NCBI GenBank assembly: GCA_002633005.1
Contig: NMRA01000227.1
Location: forward strand, 241,863-305,862
DNA from: Phoronis australis
Lineage: Eukaryota > Animalia > Phoronida
DNA length: 64,000 bases
Direction: 5' to 3'
The notes under the pieces are model-generated. The model searched no databases. It had not been told where the DNA came from and saw nothing but the letters and a program-made list of their open reading frames with translations. This document shows positions 28,101 to 43,100 of the stretch, piece after piece; the first letter of the stretch is position 1, and every line of letters starts with the position of its first letter. The position numbers and the translations under genes are program-made.

Positions 28101-31100
28101 ATCTCCTGATTGATCATTAAGAAAAAGGGCCAAAAAGCCATCATTAGTAACAGGGTTGGCCAACCTCCAAAATTGGGGTTCTACCTATCAACCATGGGTT
28201 ATCATTCACCCCTTGTGATGGTTGAAATGAATAATTAACATAAGGAAATTTAAGTTGAATTTGTAGGAGTTACTAGTAATCACAATTTCCAAGTTTAGAC
28301 AATAAGCACGGAAGGAAAGATTTTTTATGATAAAACCATTACAAGGCTTCACTTCACTCTTGTTAATACATATATGGATTATGAAAATGCACAGTCAACA
28401 TTTTGGGTATGTGTTGCAAATAAAAAATAGGAAAACATATGCAACCTCGCAGACACGTTATTTAACAAGAAACATGAATGCCATTCAAAGTTGAGCATAT
28501 CTGAACATCTTTCTCATTGTTTTTCTTACCTTTAGCCTTTTTCTTCTTCTTCGAGTCTTCCTCATCTCCATCTTCTTCGCTGTCCACAACTTTACCTTTT
28601 TTCTTGACCTAATTTTTGTATCAAAAACCAATGATGAATTTAAACCAATAAGCATTAATTTAAAATTCTTGTACAAAGATCTAAAAATAACTACTATCTA
28701 CTGATCATGGATATCATGCGATTATTTGAAATTACATTTGAAATGAGTTTTGTGAACAAAACACATTGAGTTTAAATTTAAAAATGTTGACAGTGACCAG
28801 TGAATCAGGTCTTTGGTCATAAGTCTTGTCAGCCAGATGGCAGCACCTTATATTAAATGATGTAATGCCATCATTACAATCAACTTAAAAAGATGCAAGC
28901 AGCCATTACTACAATTACAGAGGATAAAATGTATAAAGTACATTCAAGGAGATGAACATGGATAAGAAATTGTATAAAAGACCCAATGTTCCCCAGTGTG
29001 ACATTGACATCCACCTAATCCTGCAGGTTGCGTTCTTTGAGAAACATCAATGCTCAAAACATTGACGTTCTTAATAAAATCGTACGATTCAATGTTCATC
29101 TCTTTCTCTTATTACCAAGTGCACAGCTTTCATTAAATGGGGTTCACATGTAACCAGTTTACTTCACTGACACCAGTGTTGGTAACATGTAACACCCAAT
29201 AGGAAATCTTAAACAGATATAAATTAATCTGTTAGACAACATATGAGGAGAATGTTAACAAAATAGAACGATCAAGTAACTACAGAGTGAACAGAGACAC
29301 CTTGTGCAAAGCCCCAGTTGATTCAGAACAGTAATTGGCAACAGACAGTAATTTTAGAAGGGGAAGCCACTTCTGGGTAGTCATACGGATGAAGAGCTGC
29401 AAAAGTTGGGCACAATAAAATGAATCACTGTATAACTGCCAAGTAACATTCAACATGAGCAATGCAAAACACTGAAACGGGTCCACAGTATGGTTCAGGC
29501 GATGTTCATTAGTATCAGAAAGTGGCCACTAGGTGTTGCAGAATACATAGAACCTATCCAAAACGGGAAGGCCTCGTCATATCCCTCACAGCAACCTGTT
29601 AGCCAAATTTCACGAACATCTGTGCAGGAACTCTAAAGACGCAAACATAAAAAATTGGCACAATGGAAGTCGGATCTGTGCGAAAAAATGGTCGTGTGTT
29701 GCCATGCTCATAGGAATATACTGGTTATATTTCACAAAGATTCAGTACGGGTTTAAGAGATACAGCTATGGATACAAGGGAATGCCACAGTAGTCAAACA
29801 CATACAAAAACCAATGTCAGTCATGCTGTTGTCAGACAGTACAAAAATCTGCTAATTTTTAATGACCTTGCAGCGGGTTAAGGTGATACAGCTGTGGATG
29901 CAAAAAAATTGTTACCAGGAGGTACCACAATATTGGGACCTGTACAAAATGTATATCAGTAGTACAGAGTAATGGAAAGTAACCAGTCGGAGTCATGAAA
30001 GTTTTTGAAGCCACTAGCTTTCGATCTCATCTCGAGGCTTTGGATGCAATGGCGGGAAACCAGAGCCTCGCCCATATCTGTTCCATCGTCACAATTCTGT
30101 TGTGCGTGTAATGTAACCTCTGTCAGATCGTCAGACAGAACAAATTCTGATAGATGGCGGGAAGATCATAGCCTGAGTCTCTATTGGGAAATGGAGCGTG
30201 CCAACAGATTTCCACCGCTTTGCTTATCCTGCACCAGAATATGTTTTCTCTCACCAGAACGGTTAGCATTATTCGACGAGATGTTATGTGATGTCTGAGA
30301 ACAGTATTCACCCATCACTAACCATAAGCCATTCTCAGACATCATACGTATCTCGTTGGATAATGTTACTATAATGGTGAGGGACTACAAAATGCACTCG
30401 CGTATGTAAAAATAGTCATTAAGTGGTGGAGAACACATCTAATTGGTCCAAAAATAAAAAGGTGTTGTTATCCCCTAAATAGAATACAAATTTCATGAAA
30501 ATCCGCAGTTTGAAGAAGAGTGTATACTTGAACTTTTCACTTGAGTGTGACAAGCCATATGATGTTCCAAAGTTACCCATTCCAAATACTGACATTTGTC
30601 CACGGTTACACAAGTCATATCATTAACATATGTCTACAGTTAATATTTACCTTCCCCTTGTCCTCCTCTTCATCTTCATCTTCGTCTTCTTCATCTTCTT
30701 CTGACTCTTCAACCTTTTTATTGTTGTTCTTGGCATTGTTATTGCTCTGCAAAACAATACAGCACTTACCTAATAACTTCCAAAGACACTATTTGTAGTT
30801 TGAGACTGTAGCTTGTTAGTTTGTATCTTCATCGGAGAGAAAGAGATTTTGTCCAACCCATATAATGTTCATGAAGAAGCTTTTAGGAAACGAAGCAAGC
30901 GGGCAGCTCAGATGTTCTAAAAATGAGCTGGAGAGACATCTGGAGGAGATTCACAATGACATTTGGTGCAAGGAACCTTTGGGAGATTTTGACTGGATGG
31001 CTGAAGAAGATCCTCTAAGTATACCTATGGAGGTTCTACTTCAGGAAGGTGGTTATGAGTGCCAAGTTGGGATCAGCTGCAGGCACATCTGGGCTATAAT

Positions 31101-34100
31101 ACACCGTGTATGAAAAGTGTCTAAAGTTATTACACCATCTTTNTTGTTAGTTTGTATCTTCATCGGAGAGAAAGAGATTTTGTCCAACCCATATAATGTT
31201 CATGAAGAAGCTTTTAGGAAACGAAGCAAGCGGGCAGCTCAGATGTTCTAAAAATGAGCTGTAGAGACATCTGGAGGTGATTCACAATGACCTTTGGTGC
31301 AAGGAACCTTTGGGAGATTTTGACTGGATGGCTGAAGAAGATCCTCTAAGTATACCTATGGAGGTTCTACTTCAGGAAGGTGGTTATGAGTGCCAAGTTG
31401 GGATCAGCTGCAGGCACATCTGGGCTATAATACACCGTGTATGAAAAGTGTCTAAAGTTATTACACCATCTTTGGAAGCTGTTGAGAGTTATTTGGCGCA
31501 ATGAAGATGGGGAAAGACAGGAGGGATGTACATTCCAAAGGGTAAAGGCTCACTGAAGATTGGTGACTTTTGTCCTATTTCGTTATTGGATGTGGAGGGT
31601 AAAGTCTTTTTTGCTCTGCTGGCAGACAGGCTCATGACATATTTGTTGTAGAACAGTTATAGCAACACTTCAGTGCAGAAAGGAGGCATTCCCAGCTTCT
31701 CTGAATGTTTAGAACATAACTGAAATCACGGAGCTAAAGAAGGATGCACAGAAGAAGACCTGTTGGTAATATGGCTCGACATGGCTAATAGCTATGGGTC
31801 GATGCCGCACAAGCTTATTACGAAGGCGATGTATATGCATCATTTGCCAGAAGACCTGTGGTCTCTCATCAGCACATACTTCCTCCAAGGATCTAAGATG
31901 AGTCAGTTAATGGTTATGCAACAGAGAAGCAACCTTTGCAGGAGGGGATGCACAATTTCCATAACTTTGTTTGTGATGGCCATGAATGACATGATAAAGC
32001 AAGCATCCAAAGAGTGGGGGGACCATTAGTACATAACAAGCATCTGTCAGGTTGATGTGCATATGGCGATGATCTCACACTTACAGCTGTCTGCATTAGA
32101 GACACCACGGATTCTAAAAGCTTTGAGTGATCGAGCTAAGTCGGCTCGCATGGCATTTAAGGTGCCGAAATCCAGTAGTTTAGCACTGGTTGAAGGGAAG
32201 ATTAACCCACATTTCACTACTAAGGTAGATAAAGACATGATACCTTCCATGTCTGACAAATCAAGCGGGGGGGGGGGGTTTCCAGTAAAACTACTAGTTA
32301 ATAAAACATAATTATAAAGTGTACTTGTTCTACATTAAGTTAACAAGTGCGTAGTGCAATCCAAGGTAAGTACCTTTTTGAGCAGTATGTGCTATCAGGG
32401 GACAGCCCTCCCATGTAAGCCTAAGCACTATTCCGTATACGCAAAATCATACAAAACTTGGCAAGATATCGTCTTGCAAGCAAAACGTGACCACACTAGC
32501 TTTACTCATGACATTGGTGCATCTGCAGACTACAGCTTTGGCAATAGTGTTATAAGTCATATACTCTCTCAGTCTGTCATGTAACAAAAATCGTTACAAA
32601 CCTTATCAGATTTAGACACTTTCTTTTTGCTGATTTTTTCTTCCTCTTCACTTTCCTCATCTTCTTCCTCATCTTCATCTTCTTCTTCAGACTCTTGAAC
32701 TTTTTGTTTGCCTCTTGGTACCTGGAAAAGGAAAGACATTCGAAAATAGAACAGTGGATATACCAATGGGGACACTGTTAACACAAGCTGGAAGCATAAA
32801 TCTAACGAACAAGAACCATTTCCATCCAAACAGCGAACATAATACAAAAACATCAGGTTAACAATAAGTTGCATATCTTTTCATCTTAAAAAGAGCAAAT
32901 CACACAAGAAGGATTCTAGAAGTGCTTCACGTGAAACCTATTTAAACAAAATGGGCATTACCAATGAGCATTACCAATGCTTGGACAGTACCAAGCACTT
33001 GCATCACAACCTGTTATCATCATTAATCTTAAAGCAAGTATGTCANCACTAGCTTTACTCATGACATTGGTGCATCTGCACACTACAGCTTTGGCAATAG
33101 TGTTATAAGTCATATAATCTCTCAGTCTGTCATGTAACAAAAATCGTCACAAACCTTATCAGATTTAGACACTTTCTTTTTGCTGATTTTTTCTTCCTCT
33201 TCACTTTCCTCATCTTCTTCCTCATCTTCATCTTCTTCTTCAGACTCTTGAACTTTTTGTTTGCCTCTTGGTACCTGGAAAAAGAAAGACATTCGAAAAT
33301 AGAACAGTGGATATACCAATGGGGACACTGTTAACACAAGCTGGAAGCATAAATCTAACGAACAAGAACCATTTCCATCCAAACAGCGAACATAATACAA
33401 AAACATCAGGTTAACAATAAGTTGCATATCTTTTCATCTTAAAAAGAGCAAATCACACAAGAAGGATTCTAGAAGTGCTTCACGTGAAACCTATTTAAAC
33501 AAAATGGGCATTACCAATGAGCATTACCAATGCTTGGACAGTACCAAGCACTTGCATCACAACCTGTTATCATCATTAATCTTAAAGCAAGTATGTCACT
33601 GACATTCTTTCAAAACTGCACCACAAATGCTGACAAAAGCACTGCACACCACTTGGTAGAGTCTATTACACAATAATTACAGGTTTTGGTTTTTCTTGTT
33701 TTCCTTTTTCCTTGTTTAGTTTCTCTTTTCCTTCCTTCTCCGTTTCTTTTGACTTTTGTTTTGCCTTGAACCTTAATGTCTGAAATATAGAACATAAAGT
33801 ATTGGTCATGCACACAACACGTCAAGCAGGAAAAGGAAAAATAGAGACAAACAGTCAACATTCCAATGGATGATATTTGTAACTAGTTTCAAGAGGAAAG
33901 CAAATTGCATATCTGGACTAACCTACTAACAATGGATTCCCCATTAAAACAATATTAAGAGAACTAATGAAAATTTGGGTATTTCCGTGGCAAATAAAAA
34001 TATTAGTAAAGGATGACAGCGAATATTGTCATAAAAATTACATAATGCCAATATTCATCAATAGCTAAAAGCGAATTATAGTCAAGCGACCTAATTATAT

Positions 34101-37100
34101 CCGATTATTTTGCATTGGAAATACTACAGATTGCTGTAAATCCTTTACTGAAATAAAGACTTACCTTTACGGAATAGTTCTATTACTATATCTTGTCATC
34201 GAAAGCCAAATTTATGTTCTGATTGATCAATAAAAAACACAACTAGCAAACCTTCATATAACCTAAATATCTGACACCACGTTTCTACACTCGCCACACC
34301 ACGGTAAGGCGCTAAATTGCAGTTCCGTTCGCAACAAAATTATCCATGAAATGACATCTGATGACAGCACCATGTTGTCTGGATGAATCAGTGCTGACGA
34401 CTAAAGCACGTGCAAGCTCCCTACAGTTTTTAGTATCGCTTTGCCTTCTTGATATGGCACACGCACGTGGGAAGCAGGGGTTTGACTTGAGTTTAAAAAC
34501 ATGAAAAAATGAAACAGTGACATATCGTCAGTTCATTTACGTAACTTCATTGCGAAAAAAGATTTTGTTTTCAACTTTTATAACAGTTACCGATTTACGT
34601 GATCGTCCATTTTAGGCCGACTTGGGGGTCTAAATTGCACCTACTCTCAGTGAAATCAAAACGAGGCAATGCTATTATAAAAACACGACAGTGCCGGACA
34701 TTGAATGCATTACAGCGGATAAAAATTGGTGTCATCTATTTCTCAGATTATGCTTCAAGTAAGATTCTATGTAATGTCTAATATTTAGGATCCGTCTGAT
34801 AATTAGATACGCTATGTGTACTTGTTCCAGCAAAGTTGTTTTTATAATCCTGTAGCAGTGTCAGTACACTAGGTTGGATGACTGTTATATCCCCAGTGAC
34901 CTGAGAATCACATAATGCTTTCAGTGCAGTGGTTATATCCACCAGTGACCTACGAATCACATAATGCTTTCAGTGCAGTGGTTATATCCACCAGTGACCT
35001 GAGAATCACATAATGCTCTCAGTGCAGTGGTTATATCCACCAGTGACCTGAGAATCACATAATGCTTTCAGTGCAGTGGTTATATCCACCAGTGACCTGA
35101 GAATCACATAATGCTCTCAGTGCAGTGGTTATATCCACCAGTGACCTAAGAATCACATAATGCTTTCAGTGCAGTGGTTATATCCACCAGTGACCTGAGA
35201 ATCACATAATGCTCTCAGTGCAGTGGTTATATCCAACAGTGACCTGACAATCACATAATGCTCTCAGTGCAGTGGTTACATCCATCAATCACCTGATTCA
35301 GTGTATCCTCGTCCTCACTCTCGCCCTCTGGTGTCACCGACACATCACTATCCTCGCCTTCATCGTCTTCTTCCTCATCTTCCTCTTCTTCACTTTCTTC
35401 TTCTTTACTCTTCTTGTCTTTTTGTTTTTCCTTTTCTTTTTCTGCACAAGTGACAAAAACAAAGCTTAGCACACCAGATGGCTTGACATATACTTAGCAC
35501 ACAACAAGATGGAGGGACATTTTTAAAAGTTACAATAAGTAACTTTGACAAGACAAAGAGATAACAACATTAATTCAATGAGCATGACAACAGGAAATCA
35601 TCTAAATCAACTAGAAATAAAGTAGGCTAAAATTTGTAGTCTAAGCCACTTAAATCCCATCTTAAAAACTTTCAAACTAGCATAAAATTACCTTCGTGGT
35701 GTATCTGTGGAAGACGACCTTTATTGAGAGGGTTTTCTTTCCCCGGAGTAGGTAATGTCGAGTTGAGTGGAGGGAGGGACTGCTTGTTGCTAGTAAGTGG
35801 AGGTAGAGTTCTGTTGAGTGGCGCCAGGGGGCTCTATGAAACAGAAACAGACTTGAATATTGGGAGGTACAGACAAAAAACACCACCAACTGAACAGAGC
35901 AAAGAATGGTCTAACATGCCAATATTTCCGTTTTTTTTTCATCAAAATTATTGGCATAACATGACGAACTCAAAACTAAACAAAATTTCATCAACTTTTT
36001 TTGAAAACTACTCTTGGAGGTACTAACTACGTCATCAGAGTACTTTATAAGAAGGCATAACTTGTAATACATGGAAGTTACAAGCTACAAGTAACTGTAT
36101 CTTGTTTGATGTTTAGGTTAGTGGGTATATCAGACACAAAGATAACCACTGAAAAATTGAACAACTTATTTAATTATAAAAGAAAATGTATTAACCTCAA
36201 GATTCAAAAATAAATGGAACAACACAACTACTAAGATTAAAGGACAATGTCAAACTTTGTGTCCAGAGAAATGTGGCTGACCTTTTTATCATTTTGCCTC
36301 CGACGATCTCTAGCTGATATACTACCAGACAAGTCTATGTCATCTCGATGCCGTAATGAGTTAGCGAACGATGCCTTGAGGGGGTCCTCAGCTCTCTCAT
36401 CACCTGAACTATCGACTTCACCATTCTCTACTTTGGGATGAGCCAGAACCAACATGTGACATCCTCCGCATGACACCTATTAACAGGAATGTACAGGACG
36501 TTTTGTTTCACAAATTTTACATCCCAAGATATCACTTTAGCAAGATATCCAGATGAACATTTACTTGCCAACATCCATCAACTCAGAAGGAAACATGCGC
36601 GTACAGTGGCCAGCTGCCTGACGGACAACATGCACGTACAGTGGCCAGCTGCCTGACAGACAACACACGCGTACAGTGGCCAGCTGCCTGACAGACAACA
36701 TGCGCGTACAGTGGCCAGCTGCCTGACAGACAAAATAAATATTGGGAGTCCCAAGCTCAAAATGCTGCAACTATTGCAGAATACAACTGACAAAAATTCT
36801 TCAATTTCTTAACAGAGTGATCAATTCTACTGAAATATTGGATTTTAAGCTGCAAAATAATTTTTCATTATTTTTAACCTGAACTCGGAAACTGCTAAAA
36901 TAGTTACCCAATTCTGGTTACAAGCTGCACTCGTTTCTATGTAAGCCAACACCAGGAGGTATTGCTTTACACATTATATAACCCGCCTGTCATGTAGTTC
37001 TCTTTCCCCACTTTGATCATTAGTTTGGTCTCGAGACAGTCGATGATCTGCCTCGAGAGCCTGGTACCTGTGTTGTCATGGTGATTCTCTGTTCTGGCGA

Positions 37101-40100
37101 TAAATATGTTTCTTGATAGATTAGCGGTGACCAAACGTCCATTTCTCTAATATTTGAAAGTTCAGTAACAACGGTGATTTTTCTAAATTATTCTTTATTT
37201 ATAATATGTCTATTAATAATACTTCACAACACAAATTTTTAGTTATGAAATTGAGTGCCTTGTACAAACAGCTTAGTGTCTCCAAGGTAACAGACGTCTC
37301 ACCAAATCACCAATACACAGTTTAGTCAAAGTGACACATGGGATACATAACAATACACATCAAGTGTTTTGTTATGGACATACAAGTACTTGGTTCACAT
37401 AAACTGGTCCATAACAATACACATCAAGTGTTTTGTTATGGACATACAAGTACTTGGTTCACATAAACTGGTCCATAACAATACACATCAAGTGTTTTGT
37501 TATGGACATACAAGTACTTGGTTCAAATAAACTGGTCCATAACAATACACATCAAGTGTTGTGTTATGGACATACAAGTACTTGGTTCACATAAACTGGT
37601 CCATAACAATACACATCAAGTGTTTTGTTATGGACATACAAGTACTTGGTTCAAATAAACTGGTCCATAACCGTCCACACATACCTTGTCAACAAAGAAC
37701 TTGTTAAATCTAGTCACTTTGAATGGCATGAACTGGTTGGCAAAGTTCTCTTCCCCAAGACCTAGTTTGCCGTGCCTTCCATCACCAAAAGTGTACAAGT
37801 GGCCTTTGTCTGAAACACACACACATGACCACGGTAATGGTCTGATAAAGCGTGCCCGAATTTTGAGAACTAGTTTTCTCCACTAAATAACGGCATCAAA
37901 CTGGTTCTCAAAATACGGGCACTTTATATCAGACTATTGCCCATGACTTCTTATCGCACACCAAACTTATTACAAATTAATAAATGGTTTATTGCCTCAA
38001 CATAGTGTAAGTTTGAAACTTAGCCTAATCTATTAAGTTCATAACAAACAGTCAAATAATTGTTTGTTTGTTTGTAATACTCTACTCTTCAACAAATAAT
38101 TGTTTGTCTGTAATACTCGGCACTTCCAACAAGTGTTTCAATACTGAAAGCTTTCAAGATGCACAGAGAGAGTGCCTGTGAACACATATAAAGACAACTT
38201 ACCTGTAACAACAGCTGTATGATTCTCTCCACACGAGGCCGCCACTGCTACCACACCTTTCAGTTTGTCCACCATCATGGGTGTTGACTGCTGTAGAATT
38301 ATTGTACCGTGACCAAGCTGTCCCTGTTGGCCATCACCGAAGGTGTACACCTTGCCCTTGGCTGCAACAAGCAATTTAATAGAATGATGGACAATAAAAA
38401 TACTCAAATGGTTTGCGACAAGTGCAGTAACTAACTCTTCACTTCTGATTTTGGAGTACAACCAATAAATCAAAATAGGTAAAAATAAAGATGTTTGGGA
38501 TATCCACAAAATGAGCTTCTGGGACATGTAAATGAATATTTAAAGCAACAGTTGAGATATTTGATTTAAATCTTTGATTGAGAATAATGTCATGAATATT
38601 AACTTTTAGTGCATAGCATACTTTGTCCTTGTCCCACCATACCTGTGACCAAAGTACAAAGTTGTCAAACTATTTACAGCTATGGATCAATCGGGGTAAA
38701 AAGTGAACTAAACCAATGAGACACAAATTTTATGAAATTACAAACTACATTCTCTCTGGAGGAAACAAAATTGGTTGATGGTTGTAAGGAGTAGACCGAG
38801 GAATGTTTTAGAGCTACGTTTTAAAGGTATGTTCCACATGTTTGCTGGCAATAGATTGACCCAACCCAAGTGAGGTCAGGTGAGCCTGCATTCAAAAATT
38901 TGAGAAAGCTTTAGAAGGTTCCATATAGAATTATGATCTGTAACATTCTAAAAATCTGTACAATGATTGAGCAGATTCCACAAAATAAATTCAGTCAAAC
39001 ACTGCGTCCGGTTTGACCGAACATCATGAAAAAGTTTGTCACCTATTGACCAATTTCTTTTTTATCAATTCTTCAACAAACTGTCCTCTGTTCACAAGGG
39101 TGCATGCATCCGAAACAAAACCAGAACCGCTTTCATTTCATTGCAATTCTAAATATTTATCTATACCTGAGCAACTTTATTTTACCAAAGTTGTCATCAA
39201 CCATGGCTACAATGTGATTCCAGCCACAAGTGACTCACACCATCTTGACAGGTACAGACATAACCCCATTTTACAACTCACCTGTGATGGCTACCGTGTG
39301 ACTCCCTCCACAGGCGGCCCAGACCACTTTGTCAGGTATAGATACCAGCTCGGGTTCTTCTGCTTGGGTCAAATCATCACCAATCCCCAACTTTCCATTT
39401 TCGTTCTCGCCGAAAGTAAACAGTTCACCTTTTGCTGGGATCAGACCAAAATGGTTGACTTAACCTTACAATGACCAGTCAACATGAGAAGGCATCAACG
39501 AGACAGTTGGCTACTGATATCAAAGGTTATTAGAGAACGATTTGTATCAAGGACTTCATGCCCATTGATCTGCTAACAAATTTGGGATGACAGCTGTCAA
39601 AATCACGGATCGATTATCCGCTCATGTCATGTCATGAAACTCAATCTTAAATGAGCAGACATCCAGCACCACAATTAATAATATCACAAATACAAAATAC
39701 TGTGTTCAAACAACTTAAATCTGCATAGCAGAAGTTGTAACTCAATGGTTTGACGTGTTCACATTCACAATAAGGACCCCAATACATCCACAGTAACAAA
39801 GACTGACAATTTAGCACAACATTTAATGTTATTCCTGCTTGCTGGTCAGGTCCAGTTGTGGATGAACGTCAGTGAACAAGACACTAGTGTACATAGTATG
39901 TGAAAGATTCTCACTATATACCAACATTTTTATGAAATGTACACGTCAATATTAACACAGAAGCTTTACCTAACTCATCAACTCACCAGTGACAACAGCA
40001 GTGTGATAATAGCCACAGGAGACACAGACTACTTTAGAGTCAAAGGAGAGTAGTTTGGGCTTGACGACCTCTTCATCATCACCCAATCCAAGTTGACCTT

Positions 40101-43100
40101 CACCCCCTGACCCCCACATATACAAGTCACCATCCTCTGCAATAGTAAGAACACAGATACTGAGACAGGATGAAGCTAATGTTCTCTTACTTATCAGCGA
40201 TTATTGAAAACGGAAGGAGGTGCCCAAAGTTTTGAAAAAAAAATGACATACACTAAAAATGTACCAGCTTTGTGTGCGAGTAAAGAAGAGAATAGTTAAC
40301 CATTAAGGTAACCTCATGATTTGCAAATATGTATAAATTTATCTTCTAAACAGCTATTTTTCAAAGTGCACAAGGGATTTTATGATCAACAAACTGAACT
40401 GACCTGTGAGAGCTGCAGAATGCCCGGTGCCAGCCGCTAACATCTTCCAGTCTCTGGGCTCCAGAGAGTCCACCAGAATTGGATCAGTAGAACTCTGTAC
40501 ATTACTAACACCAAGCTGGTTCTCACCATTAGCACCAAAACCATACAACTTGCCGGACTCTGCAAGTAAACATTACGCTCAACCAATTCTCATTATATTT
40601 ATTTGGAACAACATAATAACATAATTTGTCGAATCAATTTTTGCAAAGGCTGAATACCAGTACATAGAATTAGTTAATGGCTGCTGTATAAATGACATCA
40701 TGTGAACACGCAGTTCTTGAAAATGCACAAATTAAATTTGTTGTTGCAAGTGGCCACACGTTAACAGGTGTGCAGTATCAGCACACCAACATTTTTTAAC
40801 ATTCAGTGATTCACTGAAACCAAGGTACATGACACTGCTAGTAAAATGATCAAACATTCCTCTCACCTGTAGCAACCAGTGTGTGTGACCTCCCACAGGC
40901 CACTAGTTTAGATCGCTCTTGTTTTAAGGCTGAAAAATACACAAGAACGCAATTAGCTCATTACTTCACCAAGAAATTACCACAACTGCCTTTCAGCACA
41001 TTTGTCACAATGAATCCAGATAGAACAGACTTTACAAAGTCCTCACACACCACTAACTCAATAAACAGTTGAATAACATCACTTTAGTAAGGCACACTAT
41101 TTAAGTCATTGCTAATTCTCCCACAACAAATCAGCTACAGACATGTATAATTGGGGTGAAACACTAACTACTGAAAGGATAGATAACTAATAACAACTTT
41201 AGACAAAAGCTGAATGGTAGATAACGACGTCATGTGATGAGCTGCAGGCCAGGGCCCTCATTCATCCGAGGGGAAAGCTGCCTGTGCCTTCTGTGAGGGG
41301 AATATTTCAGGCTGATAGAACCCCCACCCAGTTGCAAGTCCTCACAGGCTCTGCCTCAAGTAACCAAGACTAACATTATTTTTGTGTTGTTTCTAATTGT
41401 TACCTGTGTGAGTTACAAGTGATTCGAACCTCGAGGGGGAATTTTTCAATCACTTGAGGGGAATTTTTGGGCATCATGAGGGAAATTTTGTGTGACTTTT
41501 CAACATTTTTCAGAGAGAAAGGGGCCATTATTGGCCCCAAAATCGAGGGATTGAGGGTCCCGCAGGCAGTCATCAAGGAGTGTGAAAGTAACTTACATTT
41601 GACACAGCTTGGTTTAGTTGATGTCTTTGTAGTACCTAGTCCCAGCTGTCCCCAGTCATTAGCACCAAATGTGAATATTCTGCCACTCTCTACAAAAGTA
41701 ACACACTGTACAGGACAGGACAGCAATATCACATTATGTATGGTGAACTATAGAGCAGAATGCATTTTATACCACATTATCAACCTAACGTGGCCAATAC
41801 AACCGTTGAATAACCCATTCAGTTATTCAATCCGTGTTGTATTACATTTTGGCGGGAACCTGAGGCCAGACTTGAACCTGCTTCCCTAGAGTTTCAAGCT
41901 GTCGTCTTAACTGCTGCGCCATTCAGCAGCTGATGTCATGGTACGTGAAAATATAATACTGAAATGAGGACGCGCAATAATCACATGTTCAACAAACGGC
42001 ATCATACAAATGTTTATACGCAGTGAAAAATAACACACACAATTTCAATAAAAACGACATCTTTAATTCAGTAAAATTTATCTGTCACTTCCTCTCACTT
42101 GTAAATCATCGACCTCCAGTTTAAATGTCGGTAACATAGAGTCGGGATCCTTTGACTTGGGACATTATACTCAGTAACCATTGGTAACCTTCTTTAGCAG
42201 ACGATATTTTCATGGTGGAAGCTTAGCATGATAAGATGTGTGTAAGCTAGACTAGCTTAAAACGTATTTTATAGATTCACTTTGCTTCTATTTTGTTTAA
42301 GTTTTCAATTAACAAGAATAACTAGGAGTTTCTTAAAAGGTCAAGACCTCCGGCCCCGGGATTATGACATAGAAAGTAGTTACAAAGCCGAGGCAAGTCG
42401 AAAAAGGTAGATCGATTCATTGCAATGTTTATCGTTCAGTATGATAATGTGATAATTATTGCATGTTCTCACTTCTCAGTTGTTATCCCCCTTATCTAGA
42501 GTCCTCGTGAATTTTGCAGAATTATCACCCTTGGGGCTGATGCCCCTTGAGCGATAATTCTCCAAAATCCACTCGGGCTCTAGATTACAAGGAATAACAA
42601 CTTCGCCACGTAATATTCTATATTTATTACAAAACATTATGCAACTAACGTAGAAAATAAATCTGAAACTAAATAAGGCGATCCAGATCCTCAAAAGAAT
42701 ACTATTGTTTCACGAAATGTAGAATATAAATAGGTAAATAAAACAACAAGAATGGATCAACTGAAATTTTCGGATGTAATAACGTAATTTGTCAACAGAA
42801 ACAGAAATAAAGTAAAATCAAACACTATATCTTAAATGTCAATTGTCATATAGTGTTTGATTTTACTTTATTTCTGTTGACAAAGGACGTTATTACATTC
42901 GAAAATTTCAGTTGATCCTTTCTTGTTGTTTTATTTACCTATTTATATTATGCAACTACTAATACTTCTGTCCTCTGATTGTCTAAAACACAGAATGATG
43001 TATCGCCAGATCATTTTCCATTGAAGCTGCCCAGACAACAGATGTCGCTATTCTATTCAGACCAATTTATAGGCAGCAGACACTTAACTACATAAACAAG

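Noticed and set aside
19641-37671. Tandem arrays as CRISPR-like loci
   Set aside because: The units are head-to-tail with no unique spacers, there are no cas genes, and the context is eukaryotic intron.
39013-39474. Plus-strand ORFs overlapping RPGR exons (also 41467-41889 and 35724-36026)
   Set aside because: They are antisense shadows of real minus-strand exons.
41855-41930. Functional tRNA-Ser gene
   Set aside because: The acceptor stem pairs poorly and there is no long variable arm; it is more likely SINE-derived.
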